A stretch of DNA of 64,000 nucleotides from positions 1 to 64,000 of the forward strand of contig LWCA01000041.1 in NCBI GenBank assembly GCA_001642005.1, given 5' to 3'. A program made the translations under genes and the position numbers. Below are positions 26,701-39,465 of this stretch, piece after piece. Source of the DNA: Intoshia linei (lineage: Eukaryota; Animalia; Orthonectida). Every line of letters begins with the position of its first letter. Position 1 is the stretch's first letter. The notes beneath the pieces were generated by a model. The model worked only from the letters and a program-made list of their open reading frames with translations, searched no databases and was not told the origin of the DNA.

Positions 26701-29666
26701 CAAATATATTCATCGGAGACTTCTTCGTAATCCACGGATTGCGGTTCCCGTAAAACTGCACGAGTATGTCCACCAAACTTACCTAACAAACGAAAAGCCA
26801 TATGTGCCATACTATCATCGGTCGTTGAAATAATTTTCCACAAGCACTGAATCAATTCTGTTTGAACAGGTTTAAAATGATCGTATAAAAAATCTGGTTG
26901 CAAATTATCCACACATAATTCTAAGGTTCTCAGTCCTTGCGTCTGGAGAGAACTCTTACTTTTCAAAGCTGTTATCAAAGGATCCATTAATAGTGGCAAA
27001 TGAGGAAGCAATGAACTCAGTCGCACAGGCACAGTCAAACACAATTCTACTATCAAATCTTTAGTTTCCGGTTTATATTCGCAATTTTGGAGTTTATTAA
27101 AGTTTTTGAGTAAATACGGTAGCAGAGGTAAAAATTCTTTATATATATCTTCGTGGGAGCCACCTCCAATAGATCTAAATAGAGCTCGGAGCAGCAAGAA
27201 GTAATTTTCTGGTGTTTCTGCGTTAAGTGATAAATCTAGACATTTCTGAATAATAGTTTTAAGGTGAACTTTAACAGATTTTTCATTTTCTATTGAAATG
27301 ACTGTAATAGCAGCAAATATGTGCTTAAAAAGTTTAAGGTATAATGTAGAATGCAAAGAATTTGTGCCCAATTTTTCCAAATTTTTAATCAAATATTCAA
27401 TAAGAACAATTGAAAAGCAAGGTGAAGCAATTTTTACAGATAAAATTATATTAATCAACATCTGAGACACAGGGTTGATAAACATTTGATCGATCAAAAA
27501 TTGAATAGATGGTTTCATTACTTCAATTAAAGCATAACCATGCAAATTGTTATAAATTTGAGCAAAACTGTCCATAGTAGCTTTTTCTTCCTTGCCGTAA
27601 ATAGGATTAACGATGTCTATTTTTCTAACAATTTCTCCGTCTTTGAGTTGTTCGTAATTAAAAATATCGAATGATTTAATACCATAAAACAAAATTTGTT
27701 TAAGAATTTTAGACTCCATTATAGACAAACAAACCATAGCAGAATAATTTCCTTTCATTTCATCCATAGAATCCGAACTTTTATTACAAGTTCTAACATC
27801 ACTTCGCACAGAAATGAAACTTTTTACGCTCGTATCCATTTGACTAGATTGATTAATATTCACGCATCTATCTTGATTATCAAATATTTTTCTAGGTGAG
27901 ATATTGCGATTCGTCCTTTTTCCATCCACTTGCATGATAGATTGGAAAGCAGCAGATGCTACTTTAACCACACTTATAAAATATTGGCGACATTCCGTGA
28001 GACGTAATTGTTTATTTTCTGGAGGTGAGTAATTATTAACCAGTTCCGTGGTTTGTGTCACCCTTAGCATGTCTCCTTGTTCGACAATCTTCTTAATAAT
28101 TTTGAGTTTATATTTCAGAAAATATTTTAAATTCTTAATGGCGTACTTTAACAACAAATAACAGATTCGCAAAACAGACTCTGAGTCGTTGCAAAACGTT
28201 GTACCAAGAGGCGTCACTAAAAAAGTGACAATATGCAATGACATAACAATGGTCTGTTGAGAAACACCGAAATATCGAAAGTTACTGGAAAATTCAAAAA
28301 TGCAAGCCTTTATATCTTGAAGCGAAGACTCACGTCTTGATATGTAAATCAAATCATGTACACAAACATACACAATGTGTCGTATATGCTGTCTAATTTC
28401 ATATTCGGAGCCCAACAAACAATCTTCACGGATAAAATTATGAATATTAACTATAGTAGGATATTTCTTGGGGCTTTTCATGCATATACCAATGCTGTTT
28501 TTCATAGCGAGTAGCAAGTCTCGACGCATAGTACCAATTTCAATGGGACATATTTGAACGATTTTTTGAATTGACAAAATAAGACACTCTACGCATTCTT
28601 TCATATTTTCCAAAGTAAAATGTCGGATATAGTAACTTAAATAGGCAATCATTCGAACTTGGCATTCAATGAAATAAATCATAGTTGTATGATTGTATCG
28701 AGAAGATCTGAATGCAGATGAATTGGGAACAACCTGGATAAGACTCAACCCCATATTCGCAATTTCGATTGAAATAGAAGTCTGTTTAAACAACTGATAA
28801 TACATGATCAAATTGCTTGTAATTTCAATCAGAAATAAAAGAGACGTACTAGAAGTTGGCAGAAAAAACATTTTATTCCTATGACCATATTTTCTGAAAT
28901 GTACACAATTAAAATTTTTTTTTCCTGAATTAACTAGTCTTACCGTAGTTGCTCCCTCTGTGATCACTGGAAAATGTTCATCTGAGTAGTAGGACTCATT
29001 CGGATTAAGTTTGACAATGGCTGTACAAAATTTATCAATGTTGGCCAGAAGAATTTTTTCTTCGCATGATTCTTCTTTCCCTTTTATTTCTACTACATAG
29101 GCATCAGGACTCAACAAAAAATTGTCCAAATTGTTAGTAATATGGCGATATAGGTCCTTAATACGAGTAAAAATATTTTTAAAATCAGAACTATAACTAC
29201 ATCGATACTGCTTTGAGCATTCCATGATTATTTTACTAGCTTCAATAGCGTTTACTTCGTTGTCTTTCCAAATAACTTCAAACATTAATTTAATAACGTC
29301 ATTCGAAAATTTTCGGAAACTTTCTCCCAAAGGAATCTTTTTGATAATATTGAGTATACCATGTCGTATTTGATGGTTAACATGATTAGAAAAAAATTTT
29401 GGTTCTACTTCATTTAATATTTTTTGAGAAACAAAAATTACCAATTCTGCCAATTTAGATATTTCCTGAAATGGCAAATAAAACTTTAAAAATTTTAATA
29501 ATTTATCAATCAAATTTTTTCTTTCATTCAAATTCAATTGATTATTTTTCAATACCTTTAAATCATTTAAAAATTATATTTTAAGTGTAACCTGCAAATC
29601 ATTATAAAATTCTTTTACATCACTAACATTTTTAGCATCTATTTGCTTCAAAACTAATTGATCCAT
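17769..29666 (-). CDS. TRRAP: TRRAP/Tra1 PIKK pseudokinase; 4 exons, exon 2 = 11.5 kb
   Basis: Hallmarks YFLLLRALFRSIGGG, ELCLTVPVRLSSLLP, QGLRTLELCVDNL, WRNRLP...WRRHHF. The spliced FATC end reads LDPRWLPWV* (stop 17769-17771). Exon 1 MDQLVLK...NDLQ joins via a 36-nt intron (29556-29591). Confidence 0.96.
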
Positions 29667-29751
29667 TGTTTTTAAAATTCAAATTTAAATCAAAGTGCAA
29701 CTTTATCACAATTTTTTATTTTGATTTCCACGACATCAATAAGTAATCAAA

Positions 29752-32700
29752 ATGAATGCTCAAAATGAAAAAGTAACATTCGAAAAGGTTATAGAAGGAT
29801 TTAAACGTATAACGAAACTGAATGTAAATCAGAGCCAAATTACTGACATTATATCTTCAGACATTTCCAAATGTTCTATTGTTGTTAAGTCGCTATCTAA
29901 ATTAATATTACCCACTAGCGATGCTTTGATTGTAAACACTACTATCCGAAATGATGTCCTCAATTGGTTGTCAAATTTATACCAGTATTTGTTTTTTTGC
30001 GTTTTTTATCATATTATTAGTTTTTCATGTCGAGATGTTACTTTTGTTGAAAATGTTGCAGATTCTGTTTCGGATGCATTGTTTGCTGCATTTCGTCAAC
30101 ATTATCCCAATTTACAATACAAAGGCTATGAAAGTTTTACGAAACATAAACCTATAATATATATATCCTCATCTGTTTCCGAGAATTTAATTTGTAGCAT
30201 TCAAAGAAAAGTAATTTAACAACAATATCTGTGTAAATTTCTTTAGATCCTTTTACCTTTTTCTAACTTTAGAATAGTGGATTGTATCAAAAATAAACAA
30301 TCACAAGTGGATTCTGAAATTATGAACCTTACACTTTTGGAAGATATGATAAAATCTGATATTGAATCTGGTCACAAGCCTATTTTTATAATGGCATGTG
30401 CAGGTCTGTGTTTATTTTTTTATTCCTTTACTGTATTTCTAATTGTTGATTTGAAATAATTTTCCTATAATTGTTTACATTCTAACCTGAAAATAAGGAA
30501 CACGAAAATTAGGGAATTCTCATGTTCAATTTTAAAAAAATAATGTTCAATAGAGTACACTAAAAAATATTTTTTTTACATCCTAATCATATAACAGTAA
30601 CAAAAAAGGTTTTTTGAAGATTTGTATTTGCAGTCAGACCACTATAGCGCCACTATGTTTCTTATCATTTTACTGTATGACTGTTTATTAAAACTTAGTG
30701 ACGAGTCAAATTTCTCCTTAATTGAAAATTTGATATTTTTCGATACAAAATTATATAGAAAGTTTAATTTGAAAAATTTGTTGAAAATTAACATAATGTT
30801 ATCATGTTACTCTTAATTTTACAAGCTTTCTAATGAGCTATGTTAGGTTCTTTCCAGTGAAATATTTAAAAAATTATATCATAATATATTTGTGAATATG
30901 TTATTTCTCTAACATTATTTTACAGTATCTACCACATTCTTTCATGAACAAGATCAGATTCACTACGTACAATTTTACTTTTAATATTTTTATTTATATT
31001 ATGTTAACATACCTATGATAAAATAATACTAATTTTATAATTTTTAAGAACTTATGATTTTCCTTTTTAAAAAATATAAGTAACATTCATATCATTTTTT
31101 AATCTAAGGGTTCTCTATATTCAAGTTAAACTACATATTTTTACATACAATTACATTTAATTACAATTCTAGGAACTGAAAAATTATGCCAATGTGATGA
31201 AATTTTGAACATTAAAAAAATTTGCGAGCAAAATAATATATGGTTACATTTGCATGGGTAATTTTAGTATTCACATAAATGTACATTGTACAATGTAGAT
31301 TTTTTTAGAACAAAACTTAAAGGGGGTTTTAATTTTTTTTTAAACCAAATTTGAAAGGGGTTTTTTAGGAATTTTTTTTGAACAGAACTTAAAGACAACC
31401 TTACAGTTTGGTCAAAAAAATCTTAAAAACCCCTCTTGAAAGTTTGGTTATAAAAAAAATTTCTATAACCCAAAATGAAAATATAAATGAAAATTTTACA
31501 CATTATACTTATTCATGAAATGTATATATTCTACGACTTGCCCATAGAATGTGTACATTTCACAGTTTTATACATTCTATACGACATATATTATATAATC
31601 TTATGGAATATTTTTGTACATTGGCTATTTTGGGGTTGAAGATGTGCATGTCGGACTGTATGTTAAAAATTATAATTTGATAATTTAGTCCATTGCTTCA
31701 ATATCTCATTCTTCTTGATGATACAAACTCACACGAATCTGTAAATTTTACAGATAGTATGACAATTGAATTTGGAACTTGGTTTAACATTCCTGAAATA
31801 AGATGTTTGGTAATAATTAGTATTTTAATGTATTATTTTTTAATATTTTAGACACTTTACTACAAGTCTCTTTTCCCAAATATACCAAAACCATCCAAAG
31901 ACATTTCTAAAAACATTGATGTAAACTTTTGTACTATGTGGTTAGTCAAATTTTTTATCAAATACAAAGAATTAACTGATAGAATAATTGAAGGAATAAA
32001 TGCAGTATAGTTCTATAATTCATAATAATAGTTTTTTTTATAGACTACAAAATTACACTTAGCTATTGAAAAGAATATTTTTATCACAATTATGGTATAT
32101 TTATCTTTATACAACTTTTAAATTTTATTCAGAATAGAAATTTATCACAAAATAAAAAAGAATTTATCACTACCCTGAATACTAAAATTGCAAATACTTT
32201 AGTAATTATTTTATTGAGTTTTTACAATTTTAGAGTATATTTGATCTCGATACACCTCAACTTTTTTTTCGATTCGAATTAACTAATCACAATACCAAAG
32301 GTATATTAATTTTATAATTAATATATACTTTCTAATTAGACGATTTATTTTTATATGCGTTTAAGGATATCGTTAACTATACCATTTTTTTCAATATGTG
32401 CAATTTGTGGGTTTTTTTTTATATACCGTAATGGTCATTTATATTTAGTTGGCACGGACTATATATGCTACACTTAATTACGAGGCTTTTATATTAGATC
32501 ATATAGACGGGAAAGTTTATTTAAAATACGATTCTTATAACGGTATTTCATGAAAATTTACCATTTATTTATTTTTAGATGTCAGTGCGGCTAGTATAGG
32601 AAACATTGACAAACTTTGTGATTCAATTTTAAAATGCATATCTATTTTAACAAATACTTTAAAAAATCGATTGAAATTTCACAATATTGTAAAAAAATAT

Positions 32701-33424
32701 CATAATCTTCGCATTGTTAATGATTCGCATTGGGTGGGTTTAGGTGCTGTTAGGTAACGTTGAATGTTAGTATTTAATATTATTAGATGTCTTCCGAAAA
32801 TATTGAATTTCCGTAAAGATAGTGAAGATGTACAAAATGATAATGTTCAGAAAATTTTGAATTTATTGAATCAACGAGTCTACAATAAACTGATGACATG
32901 TGATGGAGCTTTTACTATTGGTAGATATTTTTGATACATACGTTTTATAATAAATTGTAGCGTACGAGGAAGGCCTTGGGTACATTAGATTTGGATTAAT
33001 GGGTCCAAATGATGATATCGAACGATTGGTTAATGTAGTTGATATGTCATTAAAACACGTGGAAACATCTTCAGAGGCATTTTTTTAAATATAGTATAAT
33101 AATTGGTACTCTAGCTTACGACTGAAATAAACGATATGATTACAGAAAATATTAATTTAGCTAAGGAAGAACTGAAAAATGAACAATTACACAAGTTTGA
33201 CCAACAAGTAAATATACGTATTCTGTATAAGTTTTACTTTATTTAGGGTTTGTTGAGACAATTACCTATCATGAAATCATTAGTAAATTGGTGGTCACCT
33301 CAAAAAATTGTAACGAAAGGCTGTTCTTATAATATGGAAATTGGTCTATATTTCAAAGTGTATATTTATTTAATATTTAGATGAAATTTCAGTTAACAAA
33401 TCACTGTATAAGCCCAATATTTAA
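29752..33424 (+). CDS. PDXDC1: Pyridoxal-dependent decarboxylase domain-containing protein 1, multi-exon
   Basis: DIESGHKPIFIMACAG, IWLHLHG, DSMTIEFGTWF (no PLP lysine, as recalled for PDXDC1), WVGLGAVR, GLLRQLPIMKSLVNWWSP (cf. GVLRQIPVVGSVLNWFSP). Confidence 0.88.
31296..31465. repeat. Imperfect fold-back (inverted tandem units) in a PDXDC1 intron
   Basis: Units such as aaaacttaaagggggtttt and aaatttgaaagggggtttt on the left are mirrored by aaaaacccctcttgaaagtttgg on the right. Confidence 0.6.
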
Positions 33425-33859
33425 ATAAATATTTCATGTATAGCCTTAATGTCAATTTTATTTTTGTCTTTCATACCAACCGCATAAACTATTTCGCAGT
33501 AGATCTGAAAAAATTACAAATAAATTTTTAGATTAGGATCCTAGATTGATCTAAATTTAAACGATGATTGAATGGACCGCCTCATATACAAATGTCTAAA
33601 TTATAGAAAACAGTTATTATGAATTGTACGTTTTTCGTGTATTTAAAAAAAATATTTTTTGGGTATCTAATGGCTAATACCCAAGGGTGGTCAATTTTCT
33701 AGTACCAGCAAATTTTTTTAAATATATAAATGACTAATTTGTAAAATGTAAACTGATTACAATGGACTTTGTAGGTTTCACAAATCTTTAAAGTTTAGAA
33801 CTAAGTATATTTTAATTTTATATTTTGTGGTTGGATTAACAGTCTCTTCTGGTAATGTT

Positions 33860-34081
33860 TGGTAAAATCAAAATTTTCAAAAAACTAGGAAAAGAGATTT
33901 TAGCTTAACTTAAGAGTTGGTAAAATAGGATTTAATTAATTTGGGGTAGGATTAATAGGTTTTTTGTAAAATCGTAAGAAAGGGATTTTTACATAAAGAA
34001 CGTGAAATGGTATTTTTTATTAATGGTGGGATAAAATTGGGATTTTAAAATAATAATTTAGCTGTCGTCTAGGCTTTGGGA
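33860..34081 (-). repeat. Dispersed repeat family, copy B (inverted relative to copy A at 2381)
   Basis: The reverse complement begins tcccaaagcctagacgacagctaaattattattttaaaatc, matching 2381 onward. The left boundary is approximate. Confidence 0.7.
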
Positions 34082-34590
34082 AAAAAGTAGCAAATATGAA
34101 TAAATATTTTTGTTTTTTATCTTCAATGTCAGATCTAATTAATTCAAAACAAAAAAGATTAGATTATAAACCAGTAAAAATCGAAATATATACATAAATT
34201 GTACAAATTTAAAAGATAAAATTAGTCCTACAGCCAGCAGTTAAGAATGAATAGCTGTAGATCCAGCCAATACTACAAAATAAAAACATTTTATGCTGCT
34301 TAGCACTGCTTACAACAGTTGGTGGGCAAACTTATTGATATGCGGGCCGCATTGATCACCACTTACTGGCTTACACCATAAAAAAGATTTTTTCGTGGAT
34401 TCAGTGAAACTGATTTTTCGACTTTTGACTGTAGTCGATTTTTCCTATTAACATTTGTATCAAATGGATCTTTTTTAAATGTTGATAATCTCAACTTAAG
34501 ATACTGCATTAGATTATAGTATTTATTAGCAACGTTCAATCAATGACATCGTAAGTTTATTTAAACTTTTTTATCAGAATTGAACTTTAA

Positions 34591-35500
34591 ATGGACAAGA
34601 AATATCCTCTGTGGAATCCAGACAACTCTGTTGTTTTCTTTGACATTTCTATTGGTGGTCAAGTAATTAAATGTATTATTCAAATAATATAACTTAAATT
34701 ATTTAGACAGCGGAAAGAGTAAAATTTGAATTATTTGCTCATATAGTACCTAAAACCGCAGAAAATTTTAGGTATAGTCGTATTCTATTCAAACTAAAAT
34801 ATAATTTTATAGACAATTATGTACAGGTGAACATAAAAGGGAAGGGAAACCAATTGGATACAAAGACTCCCAGTTTCATCGAATTATTCGTGATTTTATG
34901 ATTCAAGGTGGTGACTTTGTCAATGTATGTTTTATATATTTCTTGATTACGTGTTTTCGATAACATACAGTTCTAATTTTTGCCTTTTACTAAATTATTG
35001 CCTTGAAATTGCTTATATTTTTATTTTAACTTTGTGTAAAATATTTTCCGATTGTCAGAATTTTAAAATCCGTATAAGTTGCACAAATCTAAGTTTTGCA
35101 AAATTTTAATTGTTCTGTAAATAATGTGAATCTAGCACGACGGGACAGGGGTTGATAGTATTTATGGAGGAAAATTTAAAGATGAAAACTTTGACATAAA
35201 TCACGAAGATGCTGGTCTTTTATCGATGGTGAGGTATTTGAAACTGAGAGATTACAATATATTTAGGCTAACAGTGGCTCAAACACTAATGGTTGTCAAT
35301 TTTTCGTAACATGTTCGAAAGCGCCTTATTTAGATGGAAAACATGTCGTTTTTGGTATATTAGGTCTAATTATTATCTATATAAATGTAGGTCGTGTTCT
35401 GGAAGGAATGTTGACTATGCGTAAAATTGAAAATATTCCAACAGGTCCAAATAACAAACCAAAATTATCAGTACATATAATGCAGTGCGGACAAATGTAA
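34591..35500 (+). CDS. PPIH: Cyclophilin H (U4/U6 snRNP peptidyl-prolyl isomerase), 6 exons
   Basis: [27 protein letters not shown]...[54 protein letters not shown]. Confidence 0.93.
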
Positions 35501-35797
35501 ATTATTGTAATAAATATAAAGTCTTTTAATTAATTAATTGTAAGTAGTGCAATATACACCTATTTATAAAAAAGTGTGTTGCTTAGTTTGCGAGGTAATA
35601 CCAAGTGAAATAAATTTAATTCATTTCCATATTAACTAGAAATGCTAAATTTCAATAATTACTTTTTCTCTATATCAATATTTTGCTGATTGTACGTATG
35701 TAAAACTATTCATTCACTCTAATAATTATCATTTTAACATTAATACCGATTATGCATTTTTATTTTGATTTTTATACTGTCTAAATTATTTTATCAG

Positions 35798-36851
35798 ATG
35801 GGCGATAATATATCCAATACTGGCTCCGTAAATAACGAATCTGACCGTAATAGTGCCTCCATGTCGTCTAGCCGTAATACAAGCAACGGCGATCAAACCT
35901 CAGGCCAAACGTCTTCGAATGATTATGTGTATTATTGTCACCAGTGTGAAACTGAAGTAGAAAAATCATTAACGGTAATATCAATATTTTCTTATATATT
36001 ATGAATGAAGGCATATGAATGTGGATCTTGTAATGGTGGTTTCATAGAACGGATACCTCGCCCAGAGTAATTTTACATATCATTTTTATTTAATTTTAAG
36101 AAATATAAACTTGGAAGATATTTACAACAGATCCAGAAACAGTAGAATATCCAGTACGATACATGTTGAAGGAGTTGATGGGGTATTTATACGAGTTTAC
36201 TGTATATTTTTTTAAAGACAGGTACCAATGAAGCCATACCCACAAATATATCAAATATACAGGGGTATTAATAAAAAATACGATATTATAAATTTTTAGA
36301 TTGGTCAGGAATATGATGGTCACCTTACTAAACGAAGGAGTATTTGATTTTAGCTCATTGTCAACTCAAGACTATGTGATAAATTCCACATATTTTGATA
36401 ACATTATAACACAGGTATTTTTTTTTAATGTATATTTTATGATTAGCTAATGAGTCAATTTGATGGCAGCCCAACACCAGCCACAGAAGAAGAAATAAAC
36501 GCAGTACCCATTATATCAATTACTCAAACCAATATAGGTTGATGATTTTTAAAATGTATATTTGTGCTTTTAGACGAAAATTCATCCTGCAGTATATGCT
36601 TGGACAAATTCGAATTAAACCAAATAGTCAAAAAATTAAAATGTGAACATTTTTTTCACAGCGAGTGCATTGTCGCTTGGCTTAAACAAGTATTTTTTAC
36701 GATTAGGCTTCCATTTTCTTTAGAATGTGTTTTTAATCTGACTATTTAGAATGCTACTTGCCCAGTATGCAGAAAATCCATAAACGAATCCGCAGATATT
36801 AGGTCTTCAACTCCAGAAACAGCGGATCTTAATCAACCGGGACCGGACTAA
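35798..36851 (+). CDS. RNF115/RNF126-like E3 ligase (N-terminal C4 zinc ribbon + RING-H2)
   Basis: YYCHQC...ECGSCNGGFIE; DYV...FDNIITQLMSQFD...PA; CSICLDKF...[25 protein letters not shown]. Confidence 0.88.
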
Positions 36852-37040
36852 GTTTAAATACTACATTTTTCAAATATTCTGTAAAGAATTTGTTTACATT
36901 AAATCTTAAACCTTTCTATATTACTCTCGATTCTTCACTCAACGTGAACTAGAATTAGGCTATGGAAACGTACGACATAATTAACGAAAATATTGCGTTG
37001 GTAATGTAAATTTCAACGAGTAAATATATTTAATTTTTAA

Positions 37041-37827
37041 ATGAACGTACGCAGACATAGATTTCATGTAACCGTTGAAAACGACAAAGAATTACACGAG
37101 TGTATAGTTTGCATGTTAGACACTGTAATTAGTTTCAGAACCTTGGGGAAATTCAATAAATTGGAAGGAGAACGTAGCGTAACTGGGTCGATATACTTGA
37201 TTACCTTTTTTAGTATAGCGTCGGATCGATTGGTTTCTACGATGAAAAACTCAAAGTACTGTCATTAACATATACTCGTATCAATTGTGGATCTTTGCGT
37301 CGACATGTTATAAATAATTGCAGTGATTTTGTAAAATCATTGAAAGAAAGCTCTCTTGACATGGGGCGTATTTCACTCAAATTCTTTTATAGAACTAAAA
37401 ATCGGTATTAATTCATTTTGCTTACATCATAATTCTTAGTTGGCTCTTCAGTGACGATATGGTATTTTGGGAAATTTGGGATTTTGATGTAAATAAAGTT
37501 GCTTCCGATCGTAGCATTTCCGAAGTAGAACGAAAATCTCAACTCGTAGATTCTGTACTATCAATTATACAAAAAATTACACTGGTAGCACAGGTAAAAA
37601 CATTGCCGTTAAATTTAATTTTTTGTTTTTAGCAATCAGACATTGTACCCAAAATCCCGGATAGCTATCAAATTGGAAATATATTCGATACAACGTTTAC
37701 CAACGTACAACCATATTTACATTGCTTTGATTATAACAAATTTTCCGATCCCATCGAGAATTTAACAAGCCGAAACGTCACCTCATCTATGCTAAAAATA
37801 TTTAAAAACTCACTTACATTTCAGTGA
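37041..37827 (+). CDS. ATG101: Autophagy-related protein 101 (HORMA), 4 exons
   Basis: FRTLGKF...YSVGSIG, LTYTRI, RWLFSDDMVFWEIW (WF finger), PKIP...FDTTFTNVQPY. Confidence 0.9.
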
Positions 37828-37860
37828 TAATATTTATTAATTAATGCTGTAAATATACGA

Positions 37861-39465
37861 TTAAATTCTTTCAAATTCGAATATATCTAATTTTGGAATA
37901 ATTGTCATCCCCTCTATTGTTTCAAAGTAGATACGACTGGTTGGTTGTTTGGGTTTGATCTTGAAACGAATGATAATGTTTGATATTAAGACGGAAATGT
38001 AATCTATCATAAAATGACTCGCAGGGCACTTTCTTTCTCCAATCCCAAATGGCAGCATATCTTTTTCATAGTTTGATGAACATTTGGACCACCGTTCTGG
38101 GTTAAAATCATTTGGATCTCGGAAATGTCTTTCATCTTTCATTGTGCTCCAATAGTGGAGGAGTACTGTGTCGTTATTCTGGAATTTATGTGTTTTACCT
38201 TGATATGTGAATTCGAACGAACCCGTAACATTTCTTTTGCCCATTGGACCGGCAGAAGAACAACGTAGTAGTTCTATCACCACAAGTTTCAAGTATTTAA
38301 TTTCGCGGGCAAGGTTTTCGGTGATGTATAAATTACTCAGTAAAGTGGTATCGGCGTTCGGTGGTATAAAATTTTGTACAATTTCATTATATAATTTTTG
38401 TTGAATGTTGGGTTTATACGCCATATAGACACAGAACCAACTAAATACTGCTATAGGTGCTTCTGACCCGGATCGTATCATATCTTCTGTAATAGAATAA
38501 AGAGAGCATTCTGCATTTGACAAATTGTAATATAATGGATACTGTTTTACGTTGAGTCTACTTTTTTCATATTGATAGTACTGCTTAAATTTAATCTGAT
38601 TTTCTTCATCGTCAAAAATTTTGTTAAAATTTTTGCAGTTAAATCGTTTATCAATTAAAAAATCTAAACCGTCAGAGAAATTATTTGTACAAGGATTAAT
38701 AAGATGTAATTCAATTTGTCGTATGCAAGCCAATCTAATGATTCTATTAATATTTTCAAAGTTGTTCAATTTTCGTTTAAATTTTGGAATAAATCGACAG
38801 ATATATATTAAATCGGCAATATTTACCAATGGTCCTGTGTTTGAAGAATAATTGTATATGTTGGAATAAATTGGAATAAGAAATGATCGGTCTTTTTTGG
38901 TATAATGTCTTTCAAAACAGATTCTATAAGAAATAGTTGTGCATACTTTTTCAAACAATTTTCGAATACTTTGGTACTTGGATTTTTCAATTTCGAAAAA
39001 CAAATTGTTCATTTCTTCTTTAATCACATGCTGAACAACTGGATTAAATGTAAAAATATTTTTTAGTATATTTTTTCGGAATGTCCATGCGACTCCTTTA
39101 GCTCTGTGTGCTCCATAGTTTATAAAATTTGTGGATGCACCTAAATCTGGTTTTTCACTTAAAAAGTTTGCTCGAGTTGATAATAATTTATCAATAGCCT
39201 CGCACCCATTTACAATAATGAAATTTTTCGTCCCGAACCTTCTTTTGTAAATGTCGCTGTTAATTCGTGTTGACAATTCCAATAAGAACTGGTGACGACT
39301 ATTTCCGAAGTTAAGATTGAATACACGAATTAAGAGATATTCACAATTTAGGCGATACTTTAAAAAAATGTACAGAATTACACTGAAAGTGACACACAAA
39401 AAACTCGTGGTTGAGTATTGATGTATAAAATTTAGCAATGTTATCAATTGATGCCAAGTATTCAT
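37861..39465 (-). CDS. Intronless microsomal cytochrome P450 (probably clan 2-like, divergent)
   Basis: 534-aa ORF with N-terminal membrane anchor, ELLR (ExxR), FNPERW and the heme motif FGIGERKCPA. Confidence 0.93.
   Translation of the reverse strand: MNTWHQLITLLNFIHQYSTTSFLCVTFSVILYIFLKYRLNCEYLLIRVFNLNFGNSRHQFLLELSTRINSDIYKRRFGTKNFIIVNGCEAIDKLLSTRANFLSEKPDLGASTNFINYGAHRAKGVAWTFRKNILKNIFTFNPVVQHVIKEEMNNLFFEIEKSKYQSIRKLFEKVCTTISYRICFERHYTKKDRSFLIPIYSNIYNYSSNTGPLVNIADLIYICRFIPKFKRKLNNFENINRIIRLACIRQIELHLINPCTNNFSDGLDFLIDKRFNCKNFNKIFDDEENQIKFKQYYQYEKSRLNVKQYPLYYNLSNAECSLYSITEDMIRSGSEAPIAVFSWFCVYMAYKPNIQQKLYNEIVQNFIPPNADTTLLSNLYITENLAREIKYLKLVVIELLRCSSAGPMGKRNVTGSFEFTYQGKTHKFQNNDTVLLHYWSTMKDERHFRDPNDFNPERWSKCSSNYEKDMLPFGIGERKCPASHFMIDYISVLISNIIIRFKIKPKQPTSRIYFETIEGMTIIPKLDIFEFERI

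Noticed and set aside
28894-28943. Intron-like GTAAGA...TTTCAG segment inside the giant TRRAP exon
   Set aside because: It is 50 nt; removal shifts the frame to an immediate stop, whereas read-through stays open.
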